Positions 39,582-50,303 are shown, counted from the stretch's first letter. The stretch is DNA of 64,000 nt from Polyangiaceae bacterium (GCA_050287085.1 JBNKBE010000025.1:1-64000); one strand, 5' to 3'. The notes: generated by a model not told the origin, from the sequence alone. Made by a program: numbers and translations.

Positions 39582-41951
39582 GTGAAGGCTCTGGTCGCGG
39601 CCCACTGCAGTCGCTCGTTGAAGCAAGCGCTTCAGATGCAGGATCGCGATGCCCTGCTCGGCTGGATCGAGCTGAGCACCGTCGTCGAGCGCGCCGAGCC
39701 CGCTGACGCGATATTGGTGGAAGTAGCTCAAGCCGCCCCCGAGCTCGTCGCCGCAGCCCAAGACGCCCCCGCCCTCTTCGCCACTCCCTGGGTGCTGCTC
39801 GACCGCCCCGACGTACCCCTCGACCCTCGTCGGCCGCATCACATCCTCCCACCAGATGCCGGCCCCAAAGCGGTCTTCACTGAACTGCTCGCTGTGTTGG
39901 GGCTCGCTCCTAACGACAGCACGCAAGCGGCATCAGCCCCCCCCCGCGCCGCCTTGCGGTCGCGGCCTGCACCCTTGCTTCCCGAAACCCGATCGGTCAG
40001 CACTGCCACAGCCGATGCGGGCGCCCGCAGGCCCACTCTTCCAGCCGCCCTGCAGGGCACCCCGGGCCTTGATCTCACAGGTCGCAACTCTCAGCTGAGC
40101 CCGGCATTGCGGAAGCTATTGCACGCGGCCGAAGAGGAAATCGCAAATGCAGAAACGCCCGGCAGCCTGCGCCCCACCCCACCTGCGCCGCAACCGAAAC
40201 CATTCGCGCTGACGCCCGAGGTGGCAGAAGCATTGGCCCTTGCGATCGACCGTCACGACAACGTCGCTCCCGACGCGAGCGACAACGCGCTGAAGTCGAG
40301 CCCCCCCTCCGCACCCGCTCCCGCGTTCAGCGACCTGAAACGCGAAGAGCCGGCGTCGGCCGTTCCGCTACCCACAAGCGAGGCGGCGACACATACGTCG
40401 GCGCCGCCCCAGGTCGACTCGTTGGAGCAAAGCCGGGTAGCCCTGACCGCACGACCTCCAGCCGCCACGCAGCCTGGCCGCTTCGATGCCTCCGAGACCC
40501 GTCCCGCGGCCAATAGCGCCCCATCCGAGCCGGTTCTGCGAGACACAACGGGCATCGAATCACGACCCACGCGGCCGCCGCGCGCCGGGGGGCGGAGAAT
40601 CTCGACTCAGTCCGATGAACCCGGCTCCGACAGCGGAGAGCTCATTACCGCCCGCCCCCCGCCTTCACCTTCGGGTGCCGAAACGTTTGGCGTGCCTCGC
40701 GCGCCGTCCTTGCCAGCCGAACTGCGAGCGGCCGCCGAGCAGGCTAGCCGCGTCTTGGACGAAACAACCGCTACTGGGTTATCGCTGCCCGAAGCGGACC
40801 TTGACGAACCCGCGCGAGCGACTCAAACCGACTCACCCACCAGCGTCAGCGACGAGGCGCGCATCACGCGCCTCGTCGGACAGGGTGGCGACACGCAAGC
40901 AGCTAGCGGCGAAGGCCTGTCGCTGCACGACGATGTGGGCTTATCGACGCTCGGGCGCGCCATTCGAAGCCGCCAGACGGGCATGCTCGAATACGAGAGC
41001 GCGGGAATCGTAAGGCGAATCGTCCTACGCGAAGGTGACTTCGTCACGGCCGTATCAAGTGCACACGAGGAGTCGCTCGTCGCCTTCCTCGTCGCACACG
41101 CGCAGCTTGACGAACGCGCCGCCGAGCCTCTGAGCCACCGCCTCCCCAGCTTTGGTCGACATGCAGGCGCGGCACTGATAGCCGGGGGCTACTTGGCGCA
41201 GAAAGAACTGTGGCCGACGCTGCGCCGTCACGCAGAGTTCATCGTTCTCGAAGTTCTGCGTTTGACCGAAGGCGTCGTCGCTTTCGAGCACAATGTCCCA
41301 GAACGACTCGGCGCAGAACCTTCCGTCTTCGGAGGTGACACGGGTTCGGAGGTCTTCGTCGAGCTGCTCAAGCGCCTTCTGCCGCCGATGGAGGCGATGG
41401 CGCGACTTGGCGGTGACAACACCCAACTGGGTACTGGCTCGAGCATAGCGCTGCTAGACGAATGTGGGCTCTCGGCCGAGGAAGCGGATGCAGTTCACTT
41501 CACGACGAGCACAACGGTTGGACAGTCAACGAGCGTTTGCCAGATTCCTGCGCTCCCGTGCACGTTGTACGCACTGGTGTTACTGGGCGTGCTCGAAACC
41601 GTCAGGCCCGCGGCGCTAGTTCCCGACCTGGTGTTGGATAGCGACCAGCAGATGGACTTAGACGCTCTGCGCCGAAGCATTGCCCTTCGGCGCCGGCTCG
41701 TGGATGACGCTGACTACTTCACGCTGCTCGGCGTTCCACGCGACGTGACGAGCTATGATCTCCATCGCGCCTACCAGGAGCTACGGCAAGACCTAGATCC
41801 CGGGCGCGCGCTCACGGTCGGAACTCTGGATCTGAAAGACGACCTGCAGCTCATCCACGAGGTACTGAATGAGGCCTACGAGGTGTTGTCCGACGCCACG
41901 AAGCGCAACCGCTACCGGCGCGCGCTTGAGTCGGCACCCCTGGCGCCATGA
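39582..41951 (+). CDS. Multidomain protein: receiver-like N-terminus, Pro-rich linker, DUF4388-like domain, C-terminal J-like domain
   Basis: RQTGML..RRIVLREG (DUF4388-like). DYFTLLGV..RAY..EAYEVLSD..R..Y is DnaJ-like but has DPG in place of HPD. Confidence 0.78.
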   Translation: MKALVAAHCSRSLKQALQMQDRDALLGWIELSTVVERAEPADAILVEVAQAAPELVAAAQDAPALFATPWVLLDRPDVPLDPRRPHHILPPDAGPKAVFTELLAVLGLAPNDSTQAASAPPRAALRSRPAPLLPETRSVSTATADAGARRPTLPAALQGTPGLDLTGRNSQLSPALRKLLHAAEEEIANAETPGSLRPTPPAPQPKPFALTPEVAEALALAIDRHDNVAPDASDNALKSSPPSAPAPAFSDLKREEPASAVPLPTSEAATHTSAPPQVDSLEQSRVALTARPPAATQPGRFDASETRPAANSAPSEPVLRDTTGIESRPTRPPRAGGRRISTQSDEPGSDSGELITARPPPSPSGAETFGVPRAPSLPAELRAAAEQASRVLDETTATGLSLPEADLDEPARATQTDSPTSVSDEARITRLVGQGGDTQAASGEGLSLHDDVGLSTLGRAIRSRQTGMLEYESAGIVRRIVLREGDFVTAVSSAHEESLVAFLVAHAQLDERAAEPLSHRLPSFGRHAGAALIAGGYLAQKELWPTLRRHAEFIVLEVLRLTEGVVAFEHNVPERLGAEPSVFGGDTGSEVFVELLKRLLPPMEAMARLGGDNTQLGTGSSIALLDECGLSAEEADAVHFTTSTTVGQSTSVCQIPALPCTLYALVLLGVLETVRPAALVPDLVLDSDQQMDLDALRRSIALRRRLVDDADYFTLLGVPRDVTSYDLHRAYQELRQDLDPGRALTVGTLDLKDDLQLIHEVLNEAYEVLSDATKRNRYRRALESAPLAP

Positions 41952-42004
41952 AGCGGCACCCCGGACCTAGGGTCCGCGGACGGGACGAGACAAGAGCCCC
42001 AGGC

Positions 42005-42661
42005 TCAACGCCCGCGCAACGGTCCTAGTTGCTCGAGAACCTGCGACCAAGCGAGCTCTCGACTCTCACCCGGCCCGAGCGCGTCCAGCGACCAGGGACC
42101 GATTGCAGCGCGCACCAATCTCAGAGTCGGAAAGCCGACAGCGGCTGTCATGCGTCGGACCTGGCGATTTCGTCCTTCGTACAAGGTCAGAGCGATCCAA
42201 CTAGTTGGAGAATTCTTGCGAATCCGGATAGGCGGCTCCCGTTGCCATAGGTCCGGTTCGACAATGACTGTAACGTCTGCGGGTTGGGTCGGACCGTCGC
42301 GAAGCAGCACCCCGGAACCAAGCGCCGCCGTCGCTTCCGGTGTGATCTCCCCTTCGAGCTGTACCCAATACGTCTTACCCAGCTTGCGCCGAGGTTCGGC
42401 AATGCGCGCCTGAAGAGCTCCCACATTGGTCAATGCAATTAGACCCTCGCTATCGGTATCGAGTCTGCCCGCGGGGTATACCCCAGCCTTTGGGACGAAG
42501 TCCTTCAACGTTGGCTTACCGCTGCCGTCGGCACTAAATTGGCACAGCACCCCGTAAGGCTTGTTCAACAGGATCAAGCACGGCTCGGTCGGTGCTGCTT
42601 TGGAAGGTTGTGAAACCCAGCGCCGACCTCGATCGAACCCCTGACTCCGAGGGCGCTTCAC
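42005..42661 (-). CDS. rluE: RsuA/RluE-family pseudouridine synthase
   Basis: [44 protein letters not shown]. No S4 domain. Confidence 0.88.
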   Translation of the reverse strand: MKRPRSQGFDRGRRWVSQPSKAAPTEPCLILLNKPYGVLCQFSADGSGKPTLKDFVPKAGVYPAGRLDTDSEGLIALTNVGALQARIAEPRRKLGKTYWVQLEGEITPEATAALGSGVLLRDGPTQPADVTVIVEPDLWQREPPIRIRKNSPTSWIALTLYEGRNRQVRRMTAAVGFPTLRLVRAAIGPWSLDALGPGESRELAWSQVLEQLGPLRGR

Positions 42662-42665
42662 GCAA

Positions 42666-45110
42666 CTAGTCTTCCGCGGCCACGTTGCCGGCGCTGGGCA
42701 CAAGTACTATCTTTCCGTCGCGGACAAGAACGCGAAGCTCGCCGCCAGGTTCACAGTCGCCGCGCAACAGAACCTCCGCCAACGGTGCTTCTACGAGGCG
42801 CGCAATTGCCCGCCGCATCGGCCTGGCACCGAGACTTGCGTCAAAGCCGCCAGAAGCGATCAGCTGTTCTGGGATTGTCACGTCGAAGGCGAGCTCAATG
42901 CCGTGCTGCTCGGCCACCGTGCCAGCCAAGCGGCGCAGCATGCGACGCGCGATCTCCTCAACGGTGGACCGGTGCAGGGCTTCGAAGACCAGCACTTCGT
43001 CGAGACGATTGAAGAACTCGGGGGCCAATGCCGCTTTCGCCGCGGCCAGGACCCGTTGCTCCACCCCACCGCCGCGATCCTCCGGAGTCGCAAATCCCAT
43101 CGCTCGCGCACCTCCGCCCGTTGCCTCACGGGCTCCAATGTTCGACGTCAAAAAGAGGATGGTGTTGGTGAAGTCGACCGTTCTGCCACGACCGTCACTC
43201 AGGCGCCCCTCGTCCAAAAGCGGGAGAAAGGTCTCCAACACCTCGGGGTGCGCCTTTTCGATCTCGTCAAGCAGAACGACTTGATAGGGGCGGCGCCGAA
43301 CAGCCTCGGTCAACTGCCCCCCCGCCTCATGCCCGATATAGCCCGGAGGCGCGCCGATCAACCTCGCTACGGCGTGAGCCTCGCTGAACTCTGAGAGATC
43401 CAAGCGGGTCATAGCCCGCGCGGAACCAAAGAGCGCGGTGGCCACCGCCTTGGCCGTCTCGGTCTTGCCGACCCCTGTGGGCCCCAGCAAGAGGAACGTC
43501 CCGATCGGACGAGCGCCCCCAAGGCCCGCCGCATTGCGTCGAATGATACTTGCGATTCGTTTGAGATGGGACTCATGCCCCACGACGCCCTCCCGGAGCG
43601 TGTCCTCCAACCTCAGCATCCGCTCGCCGTCGGTTTCCAGCAGCCGCTCGATCGGCACGTCCCCCTGCTCAGCCACGACTTCAGCGACGTGTTTGGATTC
43701 AACCGGCGATACCCCTCGACGCCGACAGCGAGCGCTAGCCAAATCGAGCACCGCAATCGCTTTGTCTGGCAGTGCGCGCCCAGGTAGATAGCGGGCGGTC
43801 CAATCTACACTCGCATCACAGGCCGCCGAATCGATCGGGGTCCTGTGAAAGTCTGCGATGCGCTGAGCCTGGAGGCGCACGATCTGCGATGCCTCAGGCT
43901 TGGGTGGCTCCGGAACGTCGATGCGGCAGAACCCTCGAGCCAGCCCCGCATCGGTCTCGATCCACTGCTGCCAGGCCGCAGGGGATAAGGTGGTGAGGTA
44001 GCTAACGCCAGGGTCACCGGCGGCGCGCCGAAGTTCACCCAACACCTCTTCACCCCCTCCGGCCGCCAATAGCTGGTGAACGTCGTCAATGAAGAGCACG
44101 ACACGTCCGTCATAGGACTGGGCTTCCTGGGCCAACTCGAGCAGACGCTGGGACAAGTCGCCGCGGCTGCCCCCACCCGCGAGCAGGGCCGAAACCGAGA
44201 GCTCAATGATCAACGCGTCGTCGAGCGCCCGCGGCTCGGCAGCAGCCGCTATGCGGCGAGCGAGACCGTAGACCAGGGTGGTCTTGCCGACGCCCGAGAG
44301 ACCGACGAGACAGGGGCTATTGCCTTCGCGCTTGGCCAGAACGTCTAATACGTCGTCCAGCAGGCTCTCACGCCCGACGACCTCGGGCAGTTCCCCTCGA
44401 CTTGCAAGCTCGGTGAGGTTGCGTCCCCATCGGGTGAGCGCCTTGAATCTCTTGCGGTCGAGCGTGAAGCGCGCAGTCGACGAAACCTCCGTCTTCTTCC
44501 CCCGCGGCCCGCGCCTCAACGCTTCGGGAGCGTTTGGTCCCGGCACAGGACGAGCCGTGGAACGCTTGGGACGTGCTGGCGATGCTTGCGACTCAGCGGC
44601 GAGCTTCACGGGGAGGCGCGCCTTGGACAGCTTGGTCAAGGGCACGGTTACGGCTTTGGGCCGTTCCAATGCCGCCGGCTTGCGCGTCTGAATGCTCTGA
44701 CGACCGACGAGGAGTAGTGCGGCGTTCATGGCCGCGACTCGCAGCCGGCCAACATCCACCCCGAACTGCTCCAGGGTTCGATAGGCGGCAGAGCGGCGCT
44801 GCCCTACCAGCGCGATCAGGAGGTGAACGTCGTTGACGTCGGGAGCACGCATGGTCGCGGCCACCTCGGCCGCCCGGCGCTCAGCAGCAGCCACCGCCAC
44901 CTCGTCGTCCTCGATGATAACCCTAGCGGCCTTGCCCAGCTGCTCTGGCTCCATCCGTCGGTCGCGTAGCAGTTCCCAGGCGACACCCCCCGTTTGTGCC
45001 ATGGCGACCAGTAGATGAGTTGTCGAGAGCCGCTCCCGTCGCTCAGCCGCGACGCGATCGGCAAGCCGACAAACCGACTCAAGCTTGTGTACTTGTTGGC
45101 GAGGTTTCAT
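42666..45110 (-). CDS. ClpA/ClpC-family AAA+ ATPase
   Basis: Clp N-repeats, NBD1 [11 protein letters not shown]2 [26 protein letters not shown] loop, GARPMRR. Start ATG 45110. Confidence 0.92.
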   Translation of the reverse strand: MKPRQQVHKLESVCRLADRVAAERRERLSTTHLLVAMAQTGGVAWELLRDRRMEPEQLGKAARVIIEDDEVAVAAAERRAAEVAATMRAPDVNDVHLLIALVGQRRSAAYRTLEQFGVDVGRLRVAAMNAALLLVGRQSIQTRKPAALERPKAVTVPLTKLSKARLPVKLAAESQASPARPKRSTARPVPGPNAPEALRRGPRGKKTEVSSTARFTLDRKRFKALTRWGRNLTELASRGELPEVVGRESLLDDVLDVLAKREGNSPCLVGLSGVGKTTLVYGLARRIAAAAEPRALDDALIIELSVSALLAGGGSRGDLSQRLLELAQEAQSYDGRVVLFIDDVHQLLAAGGGEEVLGELRRAAGDPGVSYLTTLSPAAWQQWIETDAGLARGFCRIDVPEPPKPEASQIVRLQAQRIADFHRTPIDSAACDASVDWTARYLPGRALPDKAIAVLDLASARCRRRGVSPVESKHVAEVVAEQGDVPIERLLETDGERMLRLEDTLREGVVGHESHLKRIASIIRRNAAGLGGARPIGTFLLLGPTGVGKTETAKAVATALFGSARAMTRLDLSEFSEAHAVARLIGAPPGYIGHEAGGQLTEAVRRRPYQVVLLDEIEKAHPEVLETFLPLLDEGRLSDGRGRTVDFTNTILFLTSNIGAREATGGGARAMGFATPEDRGGGVEQRVLAAAKAALAPEFFNRLDEVLVFEALHRSTVEEIARRMLRRLAGTVAEQHGIELAFDVTIPEQLIASGGFDASLGARPMRRAIARLVEAPLAEVLLRGDCEPGGELRVLVRDGKIVLVPSAGNVAAED

Positions 45111-45220
45111 GACGATCGTGCGGGGCTGCCGGGGCCAGGGAGCCAAGTCTCCGGCGTCCCCTTGTCCCAACCCCCTCGGCCACGGCCAAATTTTCGGCGA
45201 AAAGCAGCCGGACCACGCTC

Positions 45221-46309
45221 CTAGGGCGCGCCGCTCCCATACGCCGTCATGCCAATACGCTCACCGTCCCACGACGCCACCTGTCGTTGTCCGGGCACGA
45301 GACAATAGCTCGTCGACGCGGTCGCTCCGCCGTCGAAGTTAACGGTGTTCGCGCCCTGCCGCTCCAAGACGGTCCCGACGACGCCGCCGCTCGTGGCGAC
45401 GATCGCGAGCGCGCGAGCGGCGTCCCCCTGCAGCTGCAGCGGAGCGCCCGCCAGCGTCCAAGATTGAACAACCTCCAAAGGCTCGAGCGTCATCAGCAAG
45501 ACCCGCTCCGCACTTGCAACCCAAACCTGGCCGGGCCGTCCCGACGCAACAAGCCGCGCAGCGGGCACCCCTTCGTACCGCCACTGCCGCGTTCCAAAGC
45601 GACGAGCCCAACCCGACTCCACAGAATAGAGCCAGCTTCCGTCCGCGAGCTGTTCGAGCCACCGCCCGTCAAAGTCCGCAAGCGCTTGGTATTCTACGTC
45701 GTAGTTCAGCCCCGCGCCGCTCCCCGAAAGCACGACTCGTTGCAGCGCTGTCTCGCGAACGTCCCACAGAAAGACAGCGCTCAGCACCTCTCGGTCGGCC
45801 CACAATTGGGTGGGACCCAGCAGGCTCACGCCGTCGAAAACCCACGGCTCTCGCTGGCCACCGTAAAGCCGGTACAGCCGGTGGCGACCGAGAAGCAGCG
45901 CGGTCCGGCCTACCGTAGGCACAACCGCCACACCGGGCTCTGCGAGCGAATACTCCGTGGAGCCGAGCCCCGACAGGCTCACCCAACGATAGCCACGGTC
46001 GGTCAACGCGACCAACCAACGCCGGAAGCAGGCGAGACGTTGGGGTGGTGGCTTTGGCGGTTCAGGTCGCGTGGACGCATGCGAAGGCAAGACCCCTCGT
46101 CCGACCTCATTCGCTTCGGCGCCATGGTGCAAGCGTTCGGAGGACGGTGGAGGCATCTGACCTTCCGGCTCGTCTGAAACGCCTGGTGTCGGTGTCCCAG
46201 AACGACGACACGCGAGGCACAGCAGGGTCGCCGAAGCCAGCCACAGGACAGACCTCGCTCCCGCGCGAGCGCTCGAGGCAGAGGAGAACGGACTTGGGCG
46301 GGCACACAT
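45221..46309 (-). CDS. Hypothetical lipoprotein
   Basis: Lipobox CLAC, Pro-rich linker, Trp/beta-rich C-domain. Start trimmed to avoid the divergent gene. Confidence 0.6.
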   Translation of the reverse strand: MCARPSPFSSASSARAGARSVLWLASATLLCLACRRSGTPTPGVSDEPEGQMPPPSSERLHHGAEANEVGRGVLPSHASTRPEPPKPPPQRLACFRRWLVALTDRGYRWVSLSGLGSTEYSLAEPGVAVVPTVGRTALLLGRHRLYRLYGGQREPWVFDGVSLLGPTQLWADREVLSAVFLWDVRETALQRVVLSGSGAGLNYDVEYQALADFDGRWLEQLADGSWLYSVESGWARRFGTRQWRYEGVPAARLVASGRPGQVWVASAERVLLMTLEPLEVVQSWTLAGAPLQLQGDAARALAIVATSGGVVGTVLERQGANTVNFDGGATASTSYCLVPGQRQVASWDGERIGMTAYGSGAP

Positions 46310-46354
46310 CGGGTTTCTCGGTAGCCGTAGCAAGCGCATTTGGCTATGAGCTGA

Positions 46355-46906
46355 TTGATGCCTGCGCGGTACCCAGCCTGCAAGAAGCAAGCGCGACCTG
46401 CGCTTGCCCAAGCCACTGATGCGAGGCGAGTGCCCCGCCCGCGCCTCGCGGCGCCGAGCCGCGTCTGGCGCCTGGTCTGCGCCGGTGTAGCCGCCGCTTG
46501 TCTGACAAGCTGCCAAGCATGGCAACGGATCGCCGAATGCCGGGAGCTCATCGCAAGCGCAAACGCGGGCCTCGAACAAATACGACTCGCAGAACAGGGA
46601 CCCGCGCCCGAGCGCTATGCCGCCGTCGAGGGCGAATTGACCCGCTTGGCCAAGACGCTGGAAGAACTCCAGCTGAAGTCCGCGCCCTTGCGGACGCGGG
46701 CAGCCGAGACGAGCAAGAACTTCCTAGAAGCCGCCACACTATTACACAGCTACCACGCCGTGGTGCTGCAGCGGGCCGCGGTCATAGCCGAAGATGGCAA
46801 TCTCAGCGCCCTCGATAGGTCCCTGCAGAACCTCGAACGCAAGCTGAAGCAAACCACCAGAACGCATGCAGCCGACGTGCGCAAGCTCAGGACCTTATGC
46901 GAATGA
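46355..46906 (+). CDS. Hypothetical helical lipoprotein
   Basis: Lipobox LTSC and coiled-coil helices. Start uncertain. Confidence 0.6.
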   Translation: MMPARYPACKKQARPALAQATDARRVPRPRLAAPSRVWRLVCAGVAAACLTSCQAWQRIAECRELIASANAGLEQIRLAEQGPAPERYAAVEGELTRLAKTLEELQLKSAPLRTRAAETSKNFLEAATLLHSYHAVVLQRAAVIAEDGNLSALDRSLQNLERKLKQTTRTHAADVRKLRTLCE

Positions 46907-46944
46907 AGAGGGCTGCGTCCGTCCCAGACAATAGGCAACCGGCC

Positions 46945-47682
46945 ATGAAGACAGTAATACTTGGCGCAACCAGCGGCATGGGACGTGCGCTGGCTCGAGA
47001 ACTGGTCGCCCAAGGCCACTCGCTGTTCCTGCTAGGGCGTCGAGCCGACGAGCTGGAGCGGAGCGTGGCCGATCTCAATATTCGGCGCGAGGGCAGCGCC
47101 CTGGGCTTCGCACACTGTGATCTCGAGGTGCCCGACACCTTTGAGCCCGCCATCAGCGCAGCCCAGTCGGCCCTCGAAGGATTCGATATCGCGATCATCA
47201 CGGCCGGCTTGTTCGCCACTCAAGAGCAACTCGAAAGCGACCTCGAACTGGCCAGACGCGTATTGACCGTCAACCACGCCCACACCGTATTGTTATGCGA
47301 ACGGCTCAAGACCGCCTTGCTCGCCAACAAGGGTGGTACACTGGTGGTATTCTCCTCCGTAGCGGGCGATCGCGGCCGCAAACCGGTGGGCCTCTACGGG
47401 TCTTCGAAGGCTGGCCTCAGCCACTACCTCGAAAGCCTGGACCACAAGTATCGCAGTCAGGGGCTGGTCACCGTGTCGGTCAAGCCGGGTTTCGTCAAGA
47501 CTGGGGCCACCGCGCAGTTGCGTCCGCCCCCGTTTGCCGGAACTCCCGAGGGAGTGGCACGGGACGTCGCGCGGGCCATCGAAAGAGGGCGGCCCCTGTT
47601 GTATACTCCATGGGTTTGGCGTTGGATCATGGCTCTGATCCGACGCCTGCCGCGCAGCGTCATGCGCCAGATCAATTTCTAG
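46945..47682 (+). CDS. SDR oxidoreductase, DprE2-like
   Basis: ILGATSGMG, SSVAGDRGR, YGSSKAG, VKPGFV, W.WIM..IR.LP. Confidence 0.85.
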   Translation: MKTVILGATSGMGRALARELVAQGHSLFLLGRRADELERSVADLNIRREGSALGFAHCDLEVPDTFEPAISAAQSALEGFDIAIITAGLFATQEQLESDLELARRVLTVNHAHTVLLCERLKTALLANKGGTLVVFSSVAGDRGRKPVGLYGSSKAGLSHYLESLDHKYRSQGLVTVSVKPGFVKTGATAQLRPPPFAGTPEGVARDVARAIERGRPLLYTPWVWRWIMALIRRLPRSVMRQINF

Positions 47683-47761
47683 CCTGGCGCGAACCGCTCT
47701 GAGGCGGCGCGAGGCACCTGCGTTCCTCGCGCCGCATGCGCTTGCCCCACGACGTAAAGGT

Positions 47762-48892
47762 TTGGGTCGCCTCGACCGTTGTAGAAACACGAGGGACGCG
47801 ACGGCGTCGCGCGCGAAGAAACCCGTGCAAGAACCCCGGCCAATCCTGCTCCACTTCGACACCCACGACGACCTCGTCGTCGCGTATTCGACCACGTTGG
47901 GGCACTTGCGCGTGCGCATCAAGACAGCCACCCCCCTGGAGGTGGGCGACGCCGTGGACATACGGATTCGAGTGGCCGAAGAAGACGACATTCTTCACCT
48001 GCCGGCTCGGGTCGTGGAAGCGGCCGCGCAGCGAACGGCCAGCGGCCGGTACGTGGCTTGGGTCCACTACGAACCGGGCGCCTGCGAGACCCTCGAGGAC
48101 TATATCGTTGCGCGCGATCCTTCCAGCACGCGCAACGTACCGGCGGTGCAGCTACGGGTCGTGATCGTAGACGACTCTGACATGGATCGGGAACGCAGCG
48201 CGGCGGCTTTCCGTGAGCGAGGGGACGAAGCGCTGCTCGCAACGGACGGCCTCGAGGGACTTGCCCTATGCCTTCGTTCGCGCCCCGATCTGATCATCAG
48301 CGATGTGCAGATGCCGAAGGTCGACGGCTTCCAGCTGCTGCGCATGCTCAAGTCGCGCACAGCCCTAAAAGATACACCCGTCATCTTGGTCACAACGCTG
48401 GCGAGCGTCGAAGACCGGCGGCTCGGATATCGCCTGGGCGTGGCCGACTACGTCACTAAGCCCTTCGCCCCGGAAGCCCTGCGCGAACGCGCCAATCGAG
48501 TGCTCCACCGTTCCAATCAAGCCCTGGGGAGCTGGCGCCCGTCTTCCACCGAGACGCTGCAGGGGCGCCTGGCGGAGCTCAATCTTCCGTCGTTGTTGTC
48601 GTTCCTCGAACAGGAGCGCAAGACGGGGACTATCTACCTCGAGCATACGCGTGCCACGATCACCCTGCTCGCAGGCGCGCCGATCCGCGCCACCCAACCG
48701 GGTCGCGCTTCGGACGACTCCCACGCCGCACTCATCTACGACCTCTTATCCAGCGAAGAAGGTCGCTTTGAATTCGTCGCCGGAAGCGTGGAAACAACCG
48801 ATATGGTGCAAGCCACCACCACCGCGCTGCTCATGGAATATGCTCGGCGCCAGGACGAGGCGGCTCGCGCTGCACGCGGGACGGCCAGCTAG
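47762..48892 (+). CDS. PilZ-like + receiver + DUF4388 response regulator
   Basis: Intact REC (VDD, IISDVQMP, T, KP), C-terminal LQGRLAELNLPSLLSFLEQERKTG, N-terminal T..PL.VG..V.I beta-barrel. Confidence 0.85.
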   Translation: MGRLDRCRNTRDATASRAKKPVQEPRPILLHFDTHDDLVVAYSTTLGHLRVRIKTATPLEVGDAVDIRIRVAEEDDILHLPARVVEAAAQRTASGRYVAWVHYEPGACETLEDYIVARDPSSTRNVPAVQLRVVIVDDSDMDRERSAAAFRERGDEALLATDGLEGLALCLRSRPDLIISDVQMPKVDGFQLLRMLKSRTALKDTPVILVTTLASVEDRRLGYRLGVADYVTKPFAPEALRERANRVLHRSNQALGSWRPSSTETLQGRLAELNLPSLLSFLEQERKTGTIYLEHTRATITLLAGAPIRATQPGRASDDSHAALIYDLLSSEEGRFEFVAGSVETTDMVQATTTALLMEYARRQDEAARAARGTAS

Positions 48893-48899
48893 AGACGGC

Positions 48900-50189
48900 T
48901 CAGGGAGCCCCACGTTCAGGCGCTCCAACCTTGACTCGTCCCCATTCGAATTCGACATGGCGGCGGAAGTGCGAGCGGCGATCCCCCCCATAGATCCACA
49001 GCATGCGCGGATTGTGGACGAGCTTGACGGTGGGCACGTACAGCCCGCTCGGCGCCCAATCCAAGACGTCGAGACGTCCCAGGGTGCGCCGCACCAACAA
49101 GACCCCGCAGAGCCGCTGCGGCGCAGCCCCCGCGCACACCCCCGCCGCAAGCACTTCTTCGTTGACCACCGGACGCCACTCCCACAGGCGCAACACTCGA
49201 GCTCGACCGCGTTTGCGAAGCTCCGCGTGTAGGGTTTCCGGGAGCGCCCGCTCGAGCGCTCCCGACAGCCCGGAATCGATCGGTGTAAGACGGCGCAACG
49301 GGAGCCCGCTCGTGACCCGGAGCGCGACTTCCGCGCGATTGCGCGCCCCAGCACAACAGCGAAACCCCACCTCCCTGGCCTCGTCGTTGGGATCTCGGCG
49401 CGCGGCGTTGGCGCAACGACCTACAACCTCGCCATCCGGGCCATTGCCCCCACGCACCACCACGTCCCGCCCGGTGCTTCCGCGCCCCCAGGGGCTGTCC
49501 GTCCACTCGAAAAGGCCACCGTGCATGTCCGCTACGCCGAAACCACTAACGCAGGAGAAGCGATGCCCACTGGGAAGCGGTCGCGTAGCCGTCCCGGTTC
49601 CACAACGCGCTGCGGAGTACGCATCTCCGTACTCGTAGGTTGTGTTGTCTGGCCCTTTACACGCCCGTTCCCACTCCAGCTCCGAGCAGAGCCGCTTGTC
49701 CTGCGCCTCGCAGAGAGAGCGAGCCTCAGCTTGAGTCACCTTTGTCTCGGGGATCGCGCCTTGTTCGTTGGGGTAGGCGAAGCGGTCGATGAAATACCCC
49801 TCCAGAACAACCTGCTCACCGGGCATTTCGGAATCCGCCTTGCGCGGGAGGCGCTCGGGTGCTGTCCCGGCAATCAGAGCGCCCGGTGGGATCCACACCA
49901 TCCCTCGCGGCACGGGCGGGGCCGTGCTCGCCGACGGCCAAGGACGGGCGCTCTGCTCGGGAACCGCACTGGCAACCGCGCTCTGGGCAGCCCCCCCTCC
50001 GCCTTCGTCGGACGGCTCGCATCCGAAAAGCGCAATCACCCACAGGGCCAGCCCAACCCCCGCACCAAGCCGCCCCAGAAAGGCCAAAGCCAGGGTCGCT
50101 TCGCACCGATCGTGCCGTCCGTCGGGCCCAGGACGCAATCGCCACCTTGGTCCATCGGGTTCCGTAGAGTATGGTGTCGACAACCGCAT
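48900..50189 (-). CDS. FGE-sulfatase (SUMF1/EgtB/PvdO family) domain lipoprotein
   Basis: MVWIPPG, KRLCSELEWERAC, DMHGGLFEWT, VRGG, GFRCC. Lipobox LFGC. Start uncertain. Confidence 0.88.
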   Translation of the reverse strand: MRLSTPYSTEPDGPRWRLRPGPDGRHDRCEATLALAFLGRLGAGVGLALWVIALFGCEPSDEGGGGAAQSAVASAVPEQSARPWPSASTAPPVPRGMVWIPPGALIAGTAPERLPRKADSEMPGEQVVLEGYFIDRFAYPNEQGAIPETKVTQAEARSLCEAQDKRLCSELEWERACKGPDNTTYEYGDAYSAARCGTGTATRPLPSGHRFSCVSGFGVADMHGGLFEWTDSPWGRGSTGRDVVVRGGNGPDGEVVGRCANAARRDPNDEAREVGFRCCAGARNRAEVALRVTSGLPLRRLTPIDSGLSGALERALPETLHAELRKRGRARVLRLWEWRPVVNEEVLAAGVCAGAAPQRLCGVLLVRRTLGRLDVLDWAPSGLYVPTVKLVHNPRMLWIYGGDRRSHFRRHVEFEWGRVKVGAPERGAP

Positions 50190-50303
50190 CCGCCTGGCGG
50201 GTGTGGCGTAGCCCTCATGCGCGCCAGAATTCAAAGAAAACCCTCCGCGAGTGCCCCTGCCCAGTCGAGAAATTGGCCCGCGGACTCGCTCACGGGCGGC
50301 TTG

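Noticed and set aside
49521..50303. N-terminal extension of the 591-aa ORF
   Set aside because: Overlaps the opposite-strand FGE-sulfatase gene; the signal peptide begins only near 50304-50349.
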